DNA from: Felis catus | Taxonomy: Eukaryota | Length of the DNA stretch: 64,000 nucleotides | Direction: 5' to 3' | Assembly (NCBI RefSeq): GCF_018350175.1 | Contig: NC_058368.1 | Coordinates: 212,724,001 to 212,788,000, forward strand | Shown: positions 1 through 13,999 of the stretch, piece after piece | Layout of the letters: each line of letters begins with the position of its first letter | Numbering within the stretch: position 1 is the first letter of the stretch | Program-made: the position numbers and the translations under genes | Notes under the pieces: generated by a model | Database searches by the model: none | The model's input: the letters and a program-made list of their open reading frames with translations, nothing else | Told to the model about the DNA's origin: nothing

Positions 1-485
1 ATTTGGAAAATACAAAATATGCTTCTAAACAACCTCTGGATCAAAGAAGAGATCACAATGGAAATTAGAAAATATTTTTAATTTAATGATAATGAAAATT
101 GTGTGAAATTCAACTAAAATCATGCTTTAGAGGGAAATACATATATTAAGTTCATATATTAGAAAGAATAAAGGCTGAAAATCAGTGATCAAAGTATCCA
201 TCTCGCGAAGTTAGTAAAATAATAGCAACTTAAATGCCTCAAAAATAGAAAAAAAGAACTGATGAAGAAAGGAACAGAAATTCATGGAACAGAAAACCAA
301 CATATAATAGGATCAACAAAGTAAAAATTGATTCTTTGAAAAGACTAATTAAATTAGTACACTCTGGGCAAAGCTTATTAAGAAAAAAAAAAGGCACAAA
401 TTCGTAACACAGGATTGAAAGGGTGATATAACTACTAATCCTATACACATTTAAAATATAATAAAAGGATATTATTTATAACTTT
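1..485 (+). mobile_element. Old, degenerate LINE-1 ORF2 fragment (L1M-type)
   Basis: A-rich sequence collinear with the ORF2 linker of the full-length L1 in this window (compare about 52.6-53.1 kb), with many stops. Confidence 0.75.
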
Positions 486-1159
486 ACAGATTGGAATTCT
501 GTGATCTTTCCACAGTGATGGTTATCTTCTTATTTTTTCAATTTTATATGAACCTTCTTAATTTTCAGAATAGTTTTCTAAACTTTTCTACAAATTGCTG
601 GCTCCATTTTCTTCAATTTTAAGTCTTCTTCTTATGGTCACTATTGAAAATGTTACCTCATTGGATTTTCTATACTGTTAATCTCCCATTTTATTTTGCC
701 CAAGTCTTATTTAATAGAGAGAATATCCTAGATCATTATACTGAGGGGAAAAAGGCCACTTCATTTTTAAACAGTTCTTTCTCTTTGATATGAATCAATT
801 TTAGAACTTTTCACATGCTATTTCTATTCCTTTCTACTGCAAAATATTTTTTGTGGTTCTCAGATTATTTTAATGTTTTTGTAATTTGATCATATTTGAG
901 ATTTTAAGATTTTAAACTCATCCAGAGCATCATATGTAAACGAAGAGGATCTTGTTGGGACCAAACCAAGGCCAGGCCTTATACAAACAAATGCCCCCAA
1001 TATTTATTCTTCCTCCTCCCTCCTTGCTCCCCTATACACACATGGCAGTTTGGTGCTTCCACTTCTCTCTACCCAGATCTGGAGCTGGAAGGCAACTTGG
1101 AAGGCAGAAGAGGCAATGGTTGAACGAACTAACTGACTTTGAAATCAGTAATATCTGGC

Positions 1160-1375
1160 CATATTTAGGCTCCACCATTTACTGGCTGTGTGTGTAACTT
1201 AGGACAAACTGATCTACTGAGAGGTTTTCTCAGTTTTCTAACCAGTAAAATTGATATGATAATAATAACCTCCTCACAAGTTTGTTGTGATGAATAAATA
1301 AAATTATGTATGAAAGTAGCTATAATAGCACCTGACCCATAGTTAATGCTCAGTAAATAGAAGCTAACAATAATC
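1160..1375 (+). mobile_element. MIR SINE relic
   Basis: ggctccaccatttactggctgtgtg...ctcagttttct...gtaaaat, ending tagttaatgctcagtaaat, typical of the MIR core and 3' end. Confidence 0.7.
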
Positions 1376-1897
1376 ATTATCCCAGCTCCCCATTCCAGTT
1401 GGACTGCAAAGATGCATACAGCCAAGGGCCAGAGACAAATAGAAGTAGCTAGAAGTCTAGCTACTCAGTCAAAGGCTATAACTAAGACCTCATTATCCAC
1501 CTTAAATTATGTCAAAATTTAAAGTAAAAAAACTAGCACCTCAAGCTTGCAGGTACTAAATATAAAATGATGATACCAGTATCTCAAAGGAAGCATTTAA
1601 GTCAATATTCAGCTGAAAACTTCTGTCAGGTAGACTTCATGAGGGTAAATGCCAAACACCTGTTAACACAGATCATACCTTTAAGTTAGTATAGCTTTTT
1701 TAGATGTATGTTAAACTTCACACTCAAATTTCTTCTCAGTTAACTCCAAAGATCTTCAGCCATCTGACACAAACTATCTTGCCCTTTTCTATGGAAAAAA
1801 TCTATTCTACTTCTTAAAGTATTTTCACATCAAAAGATTAAAGCCTTCCAATCAAGAGGTAAGAATAGAGGGAGCTAGCTGAAATTGTTGATTATAC

Positions 1898-1900
<3 letters not shown>

Positions 1901-1936
<36 letters not shown>
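1901..1936. repeat. (GT)n microsatellite
   Basis: Seen directly. Confidence 0.98.
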
Positions 1937-1938
<2 letters not shown>

Positions 1939-2959
1939 CTGATACCACTCTTGGAAGAGTAGAGGAGGGTATGAGTGACTACCCAAATACCTCAATAGCA
2001 GGGAAAAAACTATGTTTCTCTTCTTTGGAAGAAGCCACACATTCTGGAGATTGCTGAGGGAGGGGCAGGCAGGGCTTGTGGTACTCTATTGTTTTGAGTG
2101 AAAGAATAGTTTAAGTGTCATCATTTAGATTGCTGAAAAGATCTATTATTCACTTAGTAATTTAACAATTACTTATTTCATGCTGTGTTCCAATCATGGC
2201 TACAGCCCTAAGCTACAGAAACAAAGTAGACAAACACTGACCTCAAGTAACTCATAGTCTATCTGGGAGAGCAACAAATAAGTAGATGACTAAAAGGTAG
2301 TGTGACAAGTGTGACAATGCTGACCAAAAAAAAAAAAAAAAAGTGGAGTCATGGGAGTGCTTGAAAGAGCAGAGTTTTGAAAGATGAGTGGCATGTAGCT
2401 AGATGAAACATTAAAGAAAAGATAAACCACAGAAGAAACAGATACAAAGCAAGACAAAGCTGACATATGCTGGGACCTGCAAAGAGTTTTACATAGCTAT
2501 AGTGTGAGGTGTGATGAAAGATTTTTACCTCCCAAATGCCTATAATTTATCCACCATCTCCATCCCCAATGCTCAACCTTTTTGCAAGTTATTATGATCT
2601 CTTGCCTACACTAACGCACAGGCCTCCCACCTTGTCTTCCTACATTCATTTCTCCTCACTTTATGATCCAATCCCCATATTGAAGCTGAAATAATTTTTT
2701 AAGTATAGAAATTCAATACCCAGTTACATATTCTTGTAGGACTTGCATACTCTTCCTTCATAGTGTTTGTCATAGTTTAAAAATGAGTTTAATTTTATAA
2801 TTATTATTTAATTATATCTTATCCTTCAAGTGGGATGTATGGGAATGGAAAATTTTAAGCCCTATGTGTTTTGTAAAGCCTTGGTTAAAACTGTGACTAA
2901 AACCTTAAGTTGTAAGTTAAAACATTACCTAATGAGAAGCTTTGATAAGGAATAAAACC

Positions 2960-3671
2960 TTTAGAGGCAGCAACCTCTTTGACCTTGGCCGTAACAACTT
3001 CTTAGTAGACACCTCTCTGGAGGCAAGGGAAACAAAAGCAAAAATGAACTACTGGGACTTCATCAAGATAAAAAGCTTATGCATAGCAAAAGAAATAATC
3101 AACAAAACTAAAAGAAAACCTACAGAATGGGAGAAGATATTTTCAAGTGACATATCTGGTAAAGGGTTAGTATCCAAAATCTATAAAGAATTTATCAAAC
3201 TCAACACCCCAAAAATAAATAATCTAGTTATCAAATGGGCAGAAGACATGAAATAGTCTCCCAAAGAAGGTATCCAGATGGTCAAAAGATACATGAAAAG
3301 ATGCTCAACATCACTCATCATCCGGGAAATACAAATCAAAATCATAATGAAATACCACCTCAGACTTGTCAGAATGGCTAAAATTAACACAGGAAACGAA
3401 GAGTTGTTGGCAAGGATGTGGAGAAAGGGAACCCTCTTGCACTGTTGGAAATGCAAACTGATGCAGATGCTCTGGAGAACAGTATGGATGTTCCTCAAAA
3501 AGTTAAACATAGAACTACCCTATAATCCAGCAATTGCACTACTGGGTATTTACCTAAAGGACACAAAAATACTGATTCAAAGGAGCACATACACCGTGAT
3601 GTTTATAGCATTATAGCCATGTTATGGAAAGAACCCAAATGTCCATTAAATGATGAACAGATAAAGAAGAG

Positions 3672-3713
<42 letters not shown>

Positions 3714-4130
3714 ATATTATTCAGCCATCAAAAAGAATGAAATCTTGCCCCTTGCAATGAGGTGGATGGAGCTAGAGCACATTATGCTGAGTGAAATAAG
3801 CCAGGGAAAGAAAAATAACATATGATTTCACTCATAGGTGGAATGTAAGAAATAAAATATAGGAGAAGGAAACATAGGGAAACATAGGGGAAGGAAAAAA
3901 AAAAAAACAAAGAGGGAAGCAAACCAGAAGATACTGTTAACTATAGAGAACAAACTGAGGGTTGATGGAGGGAGATGGGTGGGGGATGGGCTAAATGGGT
4001 GATGAGTATTAAAGAGGGCACTTGTTGTGTGTTATATGTAAGTAATGAATCACTAAGTTCTACACCTGAAACCAATGTTACCATTTATGTTAACCAACTA
4101 GAATTTAAATAAAACATTTCATTAAAAAAA
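2960..4130 (+). mobile_element. 5'-truncated carnivore LINE-1 (ORF2 C-terminus and 3' UTR), with an internal (CA)n at 3674-3711
   Basis: ORF track gives NYWDFIKIKS and LLHCW motifs; A tail; approximate TSD ataaaacc(t/a)tta at ~2952 and ~4131. Confidence 0.95.
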
Positions 4131-4719
4131 ATAAAACCATTAAGACAGGTTTCTAGAAAAAGTAATTGAACTAGTTATTATTCTTTGTTACTATACAACA
4201 TAAGGAAATAAAAGTCAGAGGATATTTACATTCCTTTGACCATAAAACACAAGTACCAGAAAACCAACCAGGGGAGATGCTGTTCTTATTAAAGTTAAAT
4301 ATGTACATATCTGTACTGTCATATTTTGTCATCATGAAATTGTTTCTTTTTTTTTCTTTTTTTCTTATAATGATAAGATTTCTCAAGATATACTTCTATT
4401 AACTATATTTTTCCACAGAACATAAAAAAGTTGTGATTATTGCAAAATTTAATACTTTCAAATTTTTAATATATTTTTAATATATTAAACTATGTTTAAT
4501 AAGAAATTGAGTTTAGTCTCTTAAGTGTTAATAAATACATCAGCATCTTGACAATTAACTCACTGTGGGCTAACTTATGTTATTCTTAACTCCATCACTA
4601 TTTAAGTTACATATATAAGTGATATGTTTTTATTTGCTAGTTAGAAAACATTAAGAGCCTTTTGTCTTTGCTTCATCCGAATCTGAGATAAATAAATTGT
4701 GATTATTCTGAATAACTCA

Positions 4720-5880
4720 ATTTTAAAGTAAAATTTTATGAAGTAAAATGCATAGAAAATTTCCCAAATTATAAATCCACCACTAGATGAAACTTTACAC
4801 AATGAACACATTCCATGTAATGAGCATCTATATCAAGAAAGAGAATATTATCAATGCCTTAGGAGCTGCCCTTTTGTCCCCTTCTAGCAACTGCCTCCCT
4901 AAACGGAAGTACTTCCAACGACATAGATAAATTTTTCCTGTTTTAAACTTTACATAAATGAAACCATACAGTGTATAGCCATTTCAGTCTTGCTTTTTTG
5001 CTCTACACTGTATGTGTGAGATTCATCTACATTCTTGCATATAGCCGTGACTCATTTATTCTCATTTTTATGTAGTGTTCCATTGTATGATGGCAAATAA
5101 AAACAAAACTGGACTTAGATGAGGAAAGACTTTATCCAAAAAGATTACTGCAATAGGGACGACTCTCTGATCTCAGAAATCTACAAGTATCTCAAAATCA
5201 AACAGAAAAAAGGTTTATTTTTATATATGGAGGGAGAAGGACTAGCAGGAATTTTGTGGGAGAAGCAGGCACAGGTGGGCAGGAGCAATTGGCAATATCA
5301 AGATGCTTAAACAAGAAATATCTTTCTCTGTAATTGGTCAGTTTTCAGAATGAGCTGTTAAGGAGAGGGATGTTCAGCACCTTAATGCTTTAGTGCTTGT
5401 TTAAAACTTGGGAGTGAGCCAAAGTTTAGGCGCCTGCAGGGAGGAGAGAAGCCTACGTGAAGTCTGTTCTAGCTAAAGAAGAGGAAAGCAAGAACACTTG
5501 GCCAATGATTGTTTCAAAGTTTGAGAGGATACTGCCAAACAGATTGCCAAAGTGGTTATAACAAGTCGGACTTTCACTGACAATGTGTTAGAATTCAAAT
5601 TGCTTCTTATCTTGACCAAAATTGGATATTGTCCTTTTTTTTTTTATTTTAGATATTCTGGTGAGTGTGAAGTATATTTCATTGCCATTTTCGATTTCAT
5701 CTATCTGATAACTGAAGTTGAGTGCCTTTCTTCTGTTCTAAAATATGCATCTTAAACCTATAAACTTTTTTTCAGGCACCTTTAGCTGAATCCCTCAAGT
5801 TTTGCTGTCTTCATCATCAATCAGTTCTAAATATCTTCTAATTTCTGTTGTGCTCTCGTCTTTGACCCATGTGTCAGATC
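4720..5880 (-). mobile_element. Old antisense L1 (L1ME-like) fragments interrupted by an LTR-like insert (~5090-5505)
   Basis: Antisense L1 3'-region motifs (gattcatc...ttgcatatagc...tcatttattctcatt; ttgccaaagtggtt) flank a distinct purine-rich segment. Confidence 0.5.
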
Positions 5881-5939
5881 CATTTTCAAACACAGTAAAA
5901 AGTCTAGTTTCTTCAATAATGGTACAATGAGAAGTGAGG

Positions 5940-6420
5940 GGACTACCTGATTTTGCTTTTCATTGTGTCCTCAGTATCTAACAAGGTACATGGAACATAG
6001 TAGGCACTTAATAAATATTTGTTGAATGAATTAATTAGCCAGTTAATTAATTAAAAGTGAGAAGGCTGAAGAATCATGAAAGAGTCATGAAGAGTCATGC
6101 AAAAGCCAGATCATGAAAGGCTTTATGTGACATGCTAAGGAGCTTGGGTTTTCAACTAAGAAAGATGAAGAGCCATTAAAGGATTTCATCAAGGTAATGA
6201 TATGATCTGATTCATATTCTCGACAGATTAGTTTGATAGTAGTGTAGAGGATCAATTAGAGGTAATAAATTAAAATGAATGAGATTTGTGTGTCCATCAT
6301 TAAATATTTTTTGACTGTCTAATGTGTGCTAGGCACTGCTCAAACCATAAGAAGGAGAGCAGTGAACAAGAACAAAACTCCTGCCTTACAGGGTTTGCAT
6401 TCTTATGAGAGACACTAAAT
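5940..6420. mobile_element. L2 relic fragments
   Basis: L2 3'-end motif catagtaggcacttaataaatatttgttgaatgaat, followed by antisense L2-like sequence. Confidence 0.6.
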
Positions 6421-8887
6421 AAAATTTATTTTGATATATCCAAGGACTAGTAGTTCACAATAGTAAAATATACTATATGTAGGAAATAATGTTTAAATTG
6501 AAAAATATTAAAGAAATAGAATTGATCCTATTTACTTGTTATTCTTTCACTAAAATGAAATGAGAAATCTAGCAATAAATGACATTTTTCCAAATTAGAT
6601 AGTTCTCCTTTACTTCCCTTTCTTTTGCTTTCTTTGGAACATTTTTCATAGTTTCTACATTTGTTCTCTGAAACTTGGCAGCCTCTTTATTATCCAGATG
6701 ATCTTCATGCCCTCATTTCACTTAGCCCTTTGCTATATTTCTTTTAACCCTTTCATTAGCTATTCACGGCTAGCTCTCAATTCCAAATGGGACAATTAAA
6801 CCAAACAGATGCAAACAGATCCCTAAATTTGGTGAAATTAACCCACTTTTGCACAGTAGATGACTGTGTAGTTGTACCTGTTCTAGAGGTGAGATTTTTT
6901 TTTTTAATACCAGGAAAACTCCAAAGACCTTTTCTAATGTCTCAGTAGCCAGATCCTTCCAAGATGGGAGGGTTATCAGGGACCTAATGGGCTAAAAGAA
7001 TGGGTCCTTTCCTAAAGAAGCCAGTTGCTTCCATGTACTCACATAATAATTTATCAGCTAGGTAACAGATGAGAAATTCAGATAAGGCATGTCCCCCTCC
7101 ATAAATATTGAAAACACCTATTTACAAAATATCACCTTACCCCATCTCTCAGTTTCATTTCTCATCTTATTCTACCTTATTTGAAAACACATTCCTTTTT
7201 CTTAATTTCCAAATAAGCCTTTATTATAATTAATAGTATATTATTATAATGTTGTATATAGTTATAATGTTGTATAATGTTGTATAATAGTATATTGTTA
7301 TAATGTTATGAATTCATAGTGAATATTCAGTATTTTCTTAGGAAATAACCAGGAGCATGTTCATAGTTTCCCTATTCTGAAAAAGTTGACTATGTTGTCA
7401 TCAGCATCAGATTTCAGTTAGTCTCCTAAAGCACATAACTTGGTGCTAGATTCAAGATGTACAAAGACAAATGAGAAAACACCTGACTACCATGAGATCA
7501 TAGTCTAAGTGGAAGATACAGACAAATAAGCACATAATTTTTAAAAGTGGGGTGAATTTTCTTTTATGTGTAGAGTACAATGAATGCAGAAAGGAAGGAA
7601 TATCTTGATGCAAGAAAGGGGGAAATTCCCAAAGAATACTTTGTGGAAGAGCTACTTGAGCTGAATTATGAAGGACAAAGTGGAAATTTAGTAGGAGTTC
7701 TTTGAACTAATAATCTCTCATCTGCAAAGATTTTAGATTTCCCCAAATTGATCCCCAAAATGGGGATATAAATTTGGAAATGGTACATGCATCTCCTGGG
7801 GCTAACTTGTGACCACTTCCCCAAATTCTAGACAGTTTTTGCTCCACTTGAACTCCACTCCCCATGCTATTTATGTGATTAAGAATGAAGGATAAATGCC
7901 TTACCTATAACTCATTACAAAAGGTAAAATTTTAACTTGGCCAAATGCCCACTGATGTTGTAATGAAGTCAAAAGACATTTGGCTTCAGGATTTAATGAT
8001 CTATGAAGGCCAGTAGTAAATAACTTTAGTTTTATGTCACAGTGCAACTGTGTAATACAAGCTCTATTGTTTTCAGAAAATTGACTCGCTGAGAAATTCA
8101 TAAGACTCACCAAATTCCATAGTCTCCACAACCTCTCTCACTTTCTGCCCAAATAGAAGAGGGGAGCACATAGAGCCAAATCTTAGTGCAATTAGAAAAC
8201 ACAGTGAATCATTTTTACTTCCCCAATTCCAATTAAGAATAAAATATTTGAATGATTTAATTTCTTAGTGAAAACCTGGCCTGGTCGTGAAGCAGCACTT
8301 CCACACAATTATTATTGAACCCATCATTAGGAGTTCCTTATTTTTTGGTAATTGGAATTACATGTTAGGGAAGATAAACTAAAACCACCATGTGACCTGG
8401 TTGCTATCGCTTCTGCCTTTCTATACCTGAAAGGGACTACTTAAAGAATGCTGTGATGACAATGGCTGGAATGCTATTTACACCTTTAACCAGAGTTAAT
8501 TTAGAGGCAGAACAGTAGTAAGTGAATCACATGTTTATCTTTTAGAGAAAATATGAATTCCATGTTTTCCATTTATAGAAAGGAACAAAAAAAGAAAAAA
8601 GTGCTATTACCTAGAAAAGTTTCTGCTGAGGAATGCCTAGTGATGTTATCATTGTGATACCATTTAACAAGTGGCTTAAGAAAACCTAATACTGCAGGCA
8701 GCATTGTGGAAGACCAACTATAATTATCTGCAGTTGGTTCTGGGTTATTATCTGGCTTTGGTTATCCTGGTTCCTGGATTTTCTTATTTCTCTTTCCAAA
8801 TCCTACTTGGGGACCCTCTATTTTGATCAGTACTACCTTTCTAAGAGAGCTGGCAGGAAATAGTGGAGATGAAACTTACATTGCTCT

Positions 8888-9030
8888 ATGTGTGTGTGTA
8901 TGTGTGTGTGTGTGTGTGTGTGTATACATATACATGTACATATATACGCATATATACACGTATATGTATATACACAGATATACATGTGTATATACATATA
9001 TGTACATATACATATATGTATATACACATA
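8888..9030. repeat. Compound (TG)/(TA)/(CA) alternating purine-pyrimidine tract
   Basis: Seen directly; ~140 bp of near-uninterrupted RY alternation. Confidence 0.95.
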
Positions 9031-9316
9031 AAAATCATGGAAGATTTTTGAAGGGGAGAGCTCCAGGATAACTGTAAAGTGAAACTTGAAGATCTCTGGG
9101 GTGTTTAATAACATAACCTGTCTTTATCTCATAGCAATTTTGAGTGCACTGATTTAACTACCTTTATTTTAAGCACCTTTATTAGATCCTCCAAGCAAAT
9201 TCCATAAATATAGACTTTTTCTAAGTGCTAAGGATTAACCAATGATGAACAGTTGATCACTGCTCCAACCTATATTTGTTTTTCCTTGATGTCATCTCTA
9301 TTGGATTCTTCCAAAA

Positions 9317-9582
9317 TCAAGCTTCCAACTTGAGGGCATACATGGTGCAAACCGGCAAGGAAAAGAACAAGATTCTGTGCTGTAAAATTAATTTTTTCAG
9401 TGTGATCACCGAGGTGTTTGACTTGTTTTCTGGCCTCTTTGAGAGCTTTTGTTCCTGGATTCTTAGCTGGCTTCCTCCTCCCAGTGACAGTGTATGGCTT
9501 TGTTTCTCCTTAATCTTCATAATCAACACCTCCATTTGTGATGGCAAAGTACATTCATCAACACTGTTGTGTGGAGCACTTT
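9317..9582 (-). pseudogene. Candidate late or terminal exon of the decayed minus-strand gene
   Basis: Strong acceptor (ctgtttacctttcctttgatttctccacataag), then an open frame (E)SAPHNSVDECTLPSQMEVLIMKIKEK...LKLEA* in non-repeat DNA. Confidence 0.35.
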
Positions 9583-9935
9583 CTTATGTGGAGAAATCAA
9601 AGGAAAGGTAAACAGATGTCCCGCTGGATCCCATATTCAGAGCTTATTGGTGACCCACGGAGAGAACACACTGTGACTTTCTTTTTGAAGTGTCAACACC
9701 TTATACATATCAGAATAGGATTTTATCTCTATGTCCAATCCAATATAAAATTATCTCATAGAAGGGAGATACTGTTCTTCCAGATGGATTAGAAACTGGA
9801 TAGGATAAGCTGTGACTGCCTCCACACCACTAGACCTGATATTGCCTCCCTTTTGTATCATTCTGAATCATGACCAAATTCAGTTAATGTAACTGGGATT
9901 CTTTTACATCTCTTTCCTTGAAAACGGAAAAATAA

Positions 9936-10060
9936 GGGGTGCCTGGCTGGCTCAGTTGAAAGAGCATGAGACTCTTGATCTCAGGGTCATGAGTTCAAGT
10001 ACCACATTGGGTGTAGAGATTACTAAAAAAAATAAATAAGTAAACTTTAAAAAAAAGTAG
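9936..10060 (+). mobile_element. CanSINE (short, older SINEC type)
   Basis: ggggtgcctggctggctcagt tRNA-derived head; A tail; approximate TSD tgaaaac..ggaaaaa. Confidence 0.9.
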
Positions 10061-10288
10061 ATGAAAACAAGGAAAAAAAGTTTTACAATCTTACTTGAAG
10101 TGAAATTTCAATGTAAATGTTCAGCCATATGAAATGGTTCTGAATTTTCCAATTTGACATTAATATAGACTTAGGCCAGTATTTTACTTTTTTTTTCCCC
10201 CTTCCAAATATCCTATTATTAACAAAGCAAAGAAAAAAATGAGATTCTTATCAGTATATGTTGTCATGTGTTGAAGGGGCCAGGTAAA

Positions 10289-10655
10289 ATGTACTATGGC
10301 CTGAATTGTTTCCTCTCAAAATTCATATGTTGAATCCCTAACCTCCATTGTGACTGTATTTGGAGATCAGGCCTTAAAGGAGGTAATTAAGGTTACATGA
10401 GGTTATAAGGCTGGGGCTAAACCAATATGACTGGTGTCCTTGTAAGAGAGATACCAAGGATGCATACACACAGAGGAAAGGCTATGTGAGAAGGCAAAAA
10501 GTGCTATCTGCAAGCTAAGAAGAGAGGTCTCAGGAGAAACATGTTAGCAACTTGATCTTGGACTTCCTTCTCAAAAACTGTGAGAAAATAAATTTCTGTT
10601 GTTTAAGACACCCAGCCTGTGGTATTTTGTTATGGCAGCCCCAGAAGACTTAATG
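10289..10655 (+). mobile_element. MaLR LTR (MLT1A/B-like)
   Basis: tactatggcctgaattgtttcctctcaaaattcatatgttgaa...gtggtattttgttatggcagccc. Confidence 0.85.
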
Positions 10656-10857
10656 GAGAAAAGTGAGGAAGTCAAGCCTTCAAGATTTGAAACAAATTTA
10701 TTTTTTGTGGAATCTGTGGATTTAATTGGGTTGTTTTGGACAAAACTGATTTATTCATTTCATTAAAATAAAAATATCCTAGCACCAATAAGACAGCACA
10801 ACTTTGTGTTCTCCAAGAGTTCAAATAAAAAATTGCCTGATTAGTGGGGTAATGTTT

Positions 10858-11031
10858 AAAAATTTTTTTTTTGTTTTCTTAAGGAGGGGTGGGTAGAGGG
10901 AGAGAGAGAATCTTAAGTAGGTCCTACACTAGAATGGAGTCTGACTCGGGGCTCAACCCATGATTCTGGGATCATGACCTGAGCCAAAATCAAGAGTCAG
11001 ATGCTCAATCAACTGAGCCACCCGGCACGCC
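10858..11031 (-). mobile_element. CanSINE, flanked by a ~90-bp direct duplication
   Basis: Antisense head aactgagccacccggcacgcc; poly-T tail. Confidence 0.9.
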
Positions 11032-11559
11032 TAAAATAATAATATCATAGCACTAAGACAGCACAACTCTGTGTTCTCCAAGAGTTCAAATAAAAAATTA
11101 CCTTCATAGTTGGATAATTCTTGATGCATTCAACACTGTTCTAGGAACCTAGTGGAATGTTTGGCATGATGATTTCAACTAGAAACATCTAAAGAAAGAA
11201 ACTTACTAATATCATAACTGTGGTTGTATTATGTTCACTGTTTGTTCCATAGGCTATATAGTTTTCTCCTGCCTATCCATATCTCCAAATTTGTTTTCAG
11301 TGTGCTAGTGTGTCTTTTATAATGGAAAAGTAAAACATAATTGACTTGAAAACATTACATGTATGTATATGTAATTTTATATATGTAATGTTTCAACTAA
11401 TTACATTTTTCATATTTTATATATTTATATTGTAGATATAGATAGAAACATTATGTTGTAATGCCATCCACAGTTTATCCAGAGTGTCAGGAATATTTAA
11501 TTTGGGAAGGCTTGTGAGAGAAGAAAAAAACAATTGTGGAAGCAGTGGCATGAGAAAAG

Positions 11560-13200
11560 ACGTGTAAGAAACAGAATAGGACATGCTTTGACAAAAGTAC
11601 AGTTTTTTGTGCCACTAATGTGATGAGGATACATGTATTATGTGTATTAAGGCTGGATAGACTAGAAACTGCTGACTAAAAATCCTAACTGCCATGTTAA
11701 GGACTATAGACTTTATTCAGCAGCAGTGAAATAACATGGGTGGTGTTGTGAAGGTTCAGAGCAAAGAGACTGGATCTTGGGAGACAGGTTAAGAAGCTAT
11801 GAATTAGTCCTTGAGAAAGATGCTATAGGTCTTGAGGAAAATAGCAGAGGGGATAGAGAAAAGAGGATGGAAAAAAAATGACATTGTATAAGGGGAATGG
11901 GTAGGACTTAGGGATAGATTGGACATGATGAAGAAAGAAAAGTACAAAGTCATGATACTGCAAAGTTCCCAGTTTGGAAGATTGTAAGAATAGTAGCTCT
12001 ATGATCCAGTGTAGGGGACCCTGGAGGAAGAACAGTTAAGTTTTGGTTAGGACAAATGATGAATTAATGTTTATCTCTATGAAAATGTCCAAATGCTATT
12101 TGAAAACACAGAGAGGGAGCTTAGGCGCAAACTAGAACCAAGAGAATGCTTCTTCTTTCTAGGAGTGAAAGTGTGAACATATCATAAGAAAGAATCAAGG
12201 ATGAGCTTTTGAGAAGCCTCCCAGTTATGGGGCTGGATGTAGAGGGAAAAAAAGCAGCCATGGGGGGATAAAAAGCAGAATGCAGCTAGAAGGAAGAAGG
12301 TCCAAGAGAATATGATGATACAGCAGGTGTTAATAAAGGCTTTTGGTATGCTTGCCATAGCATGAACATACTCGCTGCTTTGGCCTGACTGAATAAACAG
12401 GCTTCAGTAACCAGGGAAACCATTTTACTCCCAGAATCAACAATGGGATGGTGCCTTGTTGTCTAGGATAAGATGGGGTTAGCTATTCATCCTAAGACCC
12501 TTCCTTCCTGCTTCTTGACCTGTAACTTGGCCTCCCTTAGTTCTCTTATCTTCAACTCATAGGGAGCATACTCCAGTGAGGAGGAAACTGCATCTCTCTT
12601 CTGCAGTCACCTCCTCCTATTTCTGTCGCTTATCAGCTGTAATACTATCCCAGGTTGTGATTCCAGAGAGCAGTGGGCTTGGACATTCTCTAAGACCAGA
12701 GGTTATCCAAACAGCCAATGGCCAAAGAGTAATCCCTCACAATTAATTATAATGAAAAGCATTAACAGCTAAAATTGAGACTTCCCTGACCATTCCAGAA
12801 CACAACTGTGTTGATTGATCTCACTTTAAATTCATGACTGCTAACCTCCAATGGGGAACCCTACCACACATGCCTAGCTTATTCCTGTTCTTCTAAATTA
12901 TTACTAGTTCACATTTTTTTTCTACCTTCAAGTCTCCTAACCCCCAACTTTCTGTCATTCTCAGTGATGATATTTGTAGAGACAGTAGAAGCAGTCACCA
13001 TCAGCTTTCCAGTATCAAATATTAAATTATAACTTCATTCAGCACCCAAACTCTGCATTTCTTCAGCTACATTGAATTTGTATAATTTCTGTATCAAAAT
13101 CCAATCCCCTTCACCTGTATCCTAAACCCTCTCAACAGCTCAGTCACTTTGCTTCTGTTATTATCCCCTCTCTGCTGGAGCACTTCAATCAGCACAGAAA
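11560..13200. mobile_element. L2 relics with a possible LTR-like insert (~12325-12700)
   Basis: Degenerate L2-like purine-rich and pyrimidine-rich segments; boundaries approximate. Confidence 0.4.
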
Positions 13201-13959
13201 CATGTTCTGATGTTTCACATTAACTTTTCAGAGTCTCTGCCCCACCAGTGAGAATTCTCTAAACATTTAGGTTCTTCCAACAACTCTTTCTTTGAGCCAC
13301 CATCCTCTTTCTTCCTGAAAGCCCTCTTGTTCCTGCAAAGCCCTATCCTACTTGATTTTATTTGACACAGTACAAATGAAGCCACAATTGTGAATTTAGT
13401 CCTTGCTTGAGCCAATTATTCTGTCATAGCTTATGGACATTATGCACTTCCTAAATCATGCCCAGCACTCTAGATAATGCTACCAGGTAATGGAGAAACG
13501 TCAATTTTTCACTTGTTAACAACAATTTGGAACTTATTAACTAAAACCAGGTCTATATTAACATGAGTGAAGCTTGGGAAAGATGCAAAGAGATTATTGA
13601 AAATATGAGAAAATTACACCTGAAGAATAAAGTTAAAGTACTAAACCTATTAAACTGAAAAACAACTTAATAATTGTATTTGTTAAAGTAGAATTATTCA
13701 GAAGACAATGAATCCTGATTATCAATTCCATTAATAACAAAGGTAAAAATAGGTTTTAATAAAGCAGAAGAGACTTTGTTTATTAATTAGTTGTGATGGA
13801 AATGCATTACCAAATACATTTTAAAATCTCTTCACTAGAATAGATATTTTCATGTAAAATATAACTGCCTTATTTAGGAAGGATTCAAGAATAGCTATTC
13901 CTTTTTTATGTGTATTATATTCTCTTATATTTATCTTAAATCTTATATAAACCATACTG

Positions 13960-13960
13960 T

Positions 13961-13999
<39 letters not shown>

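Noticed and set aside
7901..8131. 76-aa minus-strand ORF ending at AG|gtaagg
   Set aside because: No clear acceptor and no recognisable homology; cannot be tied to the decayed gene
8823..9114. Overlapping ORFs rich in CV/YI/HT
   Set aside because: Translations of a dinucleotide microsatellite
13215..13415. 66-aa charged minus-strand ORF as another exon
   Set aside because: Weak splice signals and it abuts an L2 relic; insufficient support
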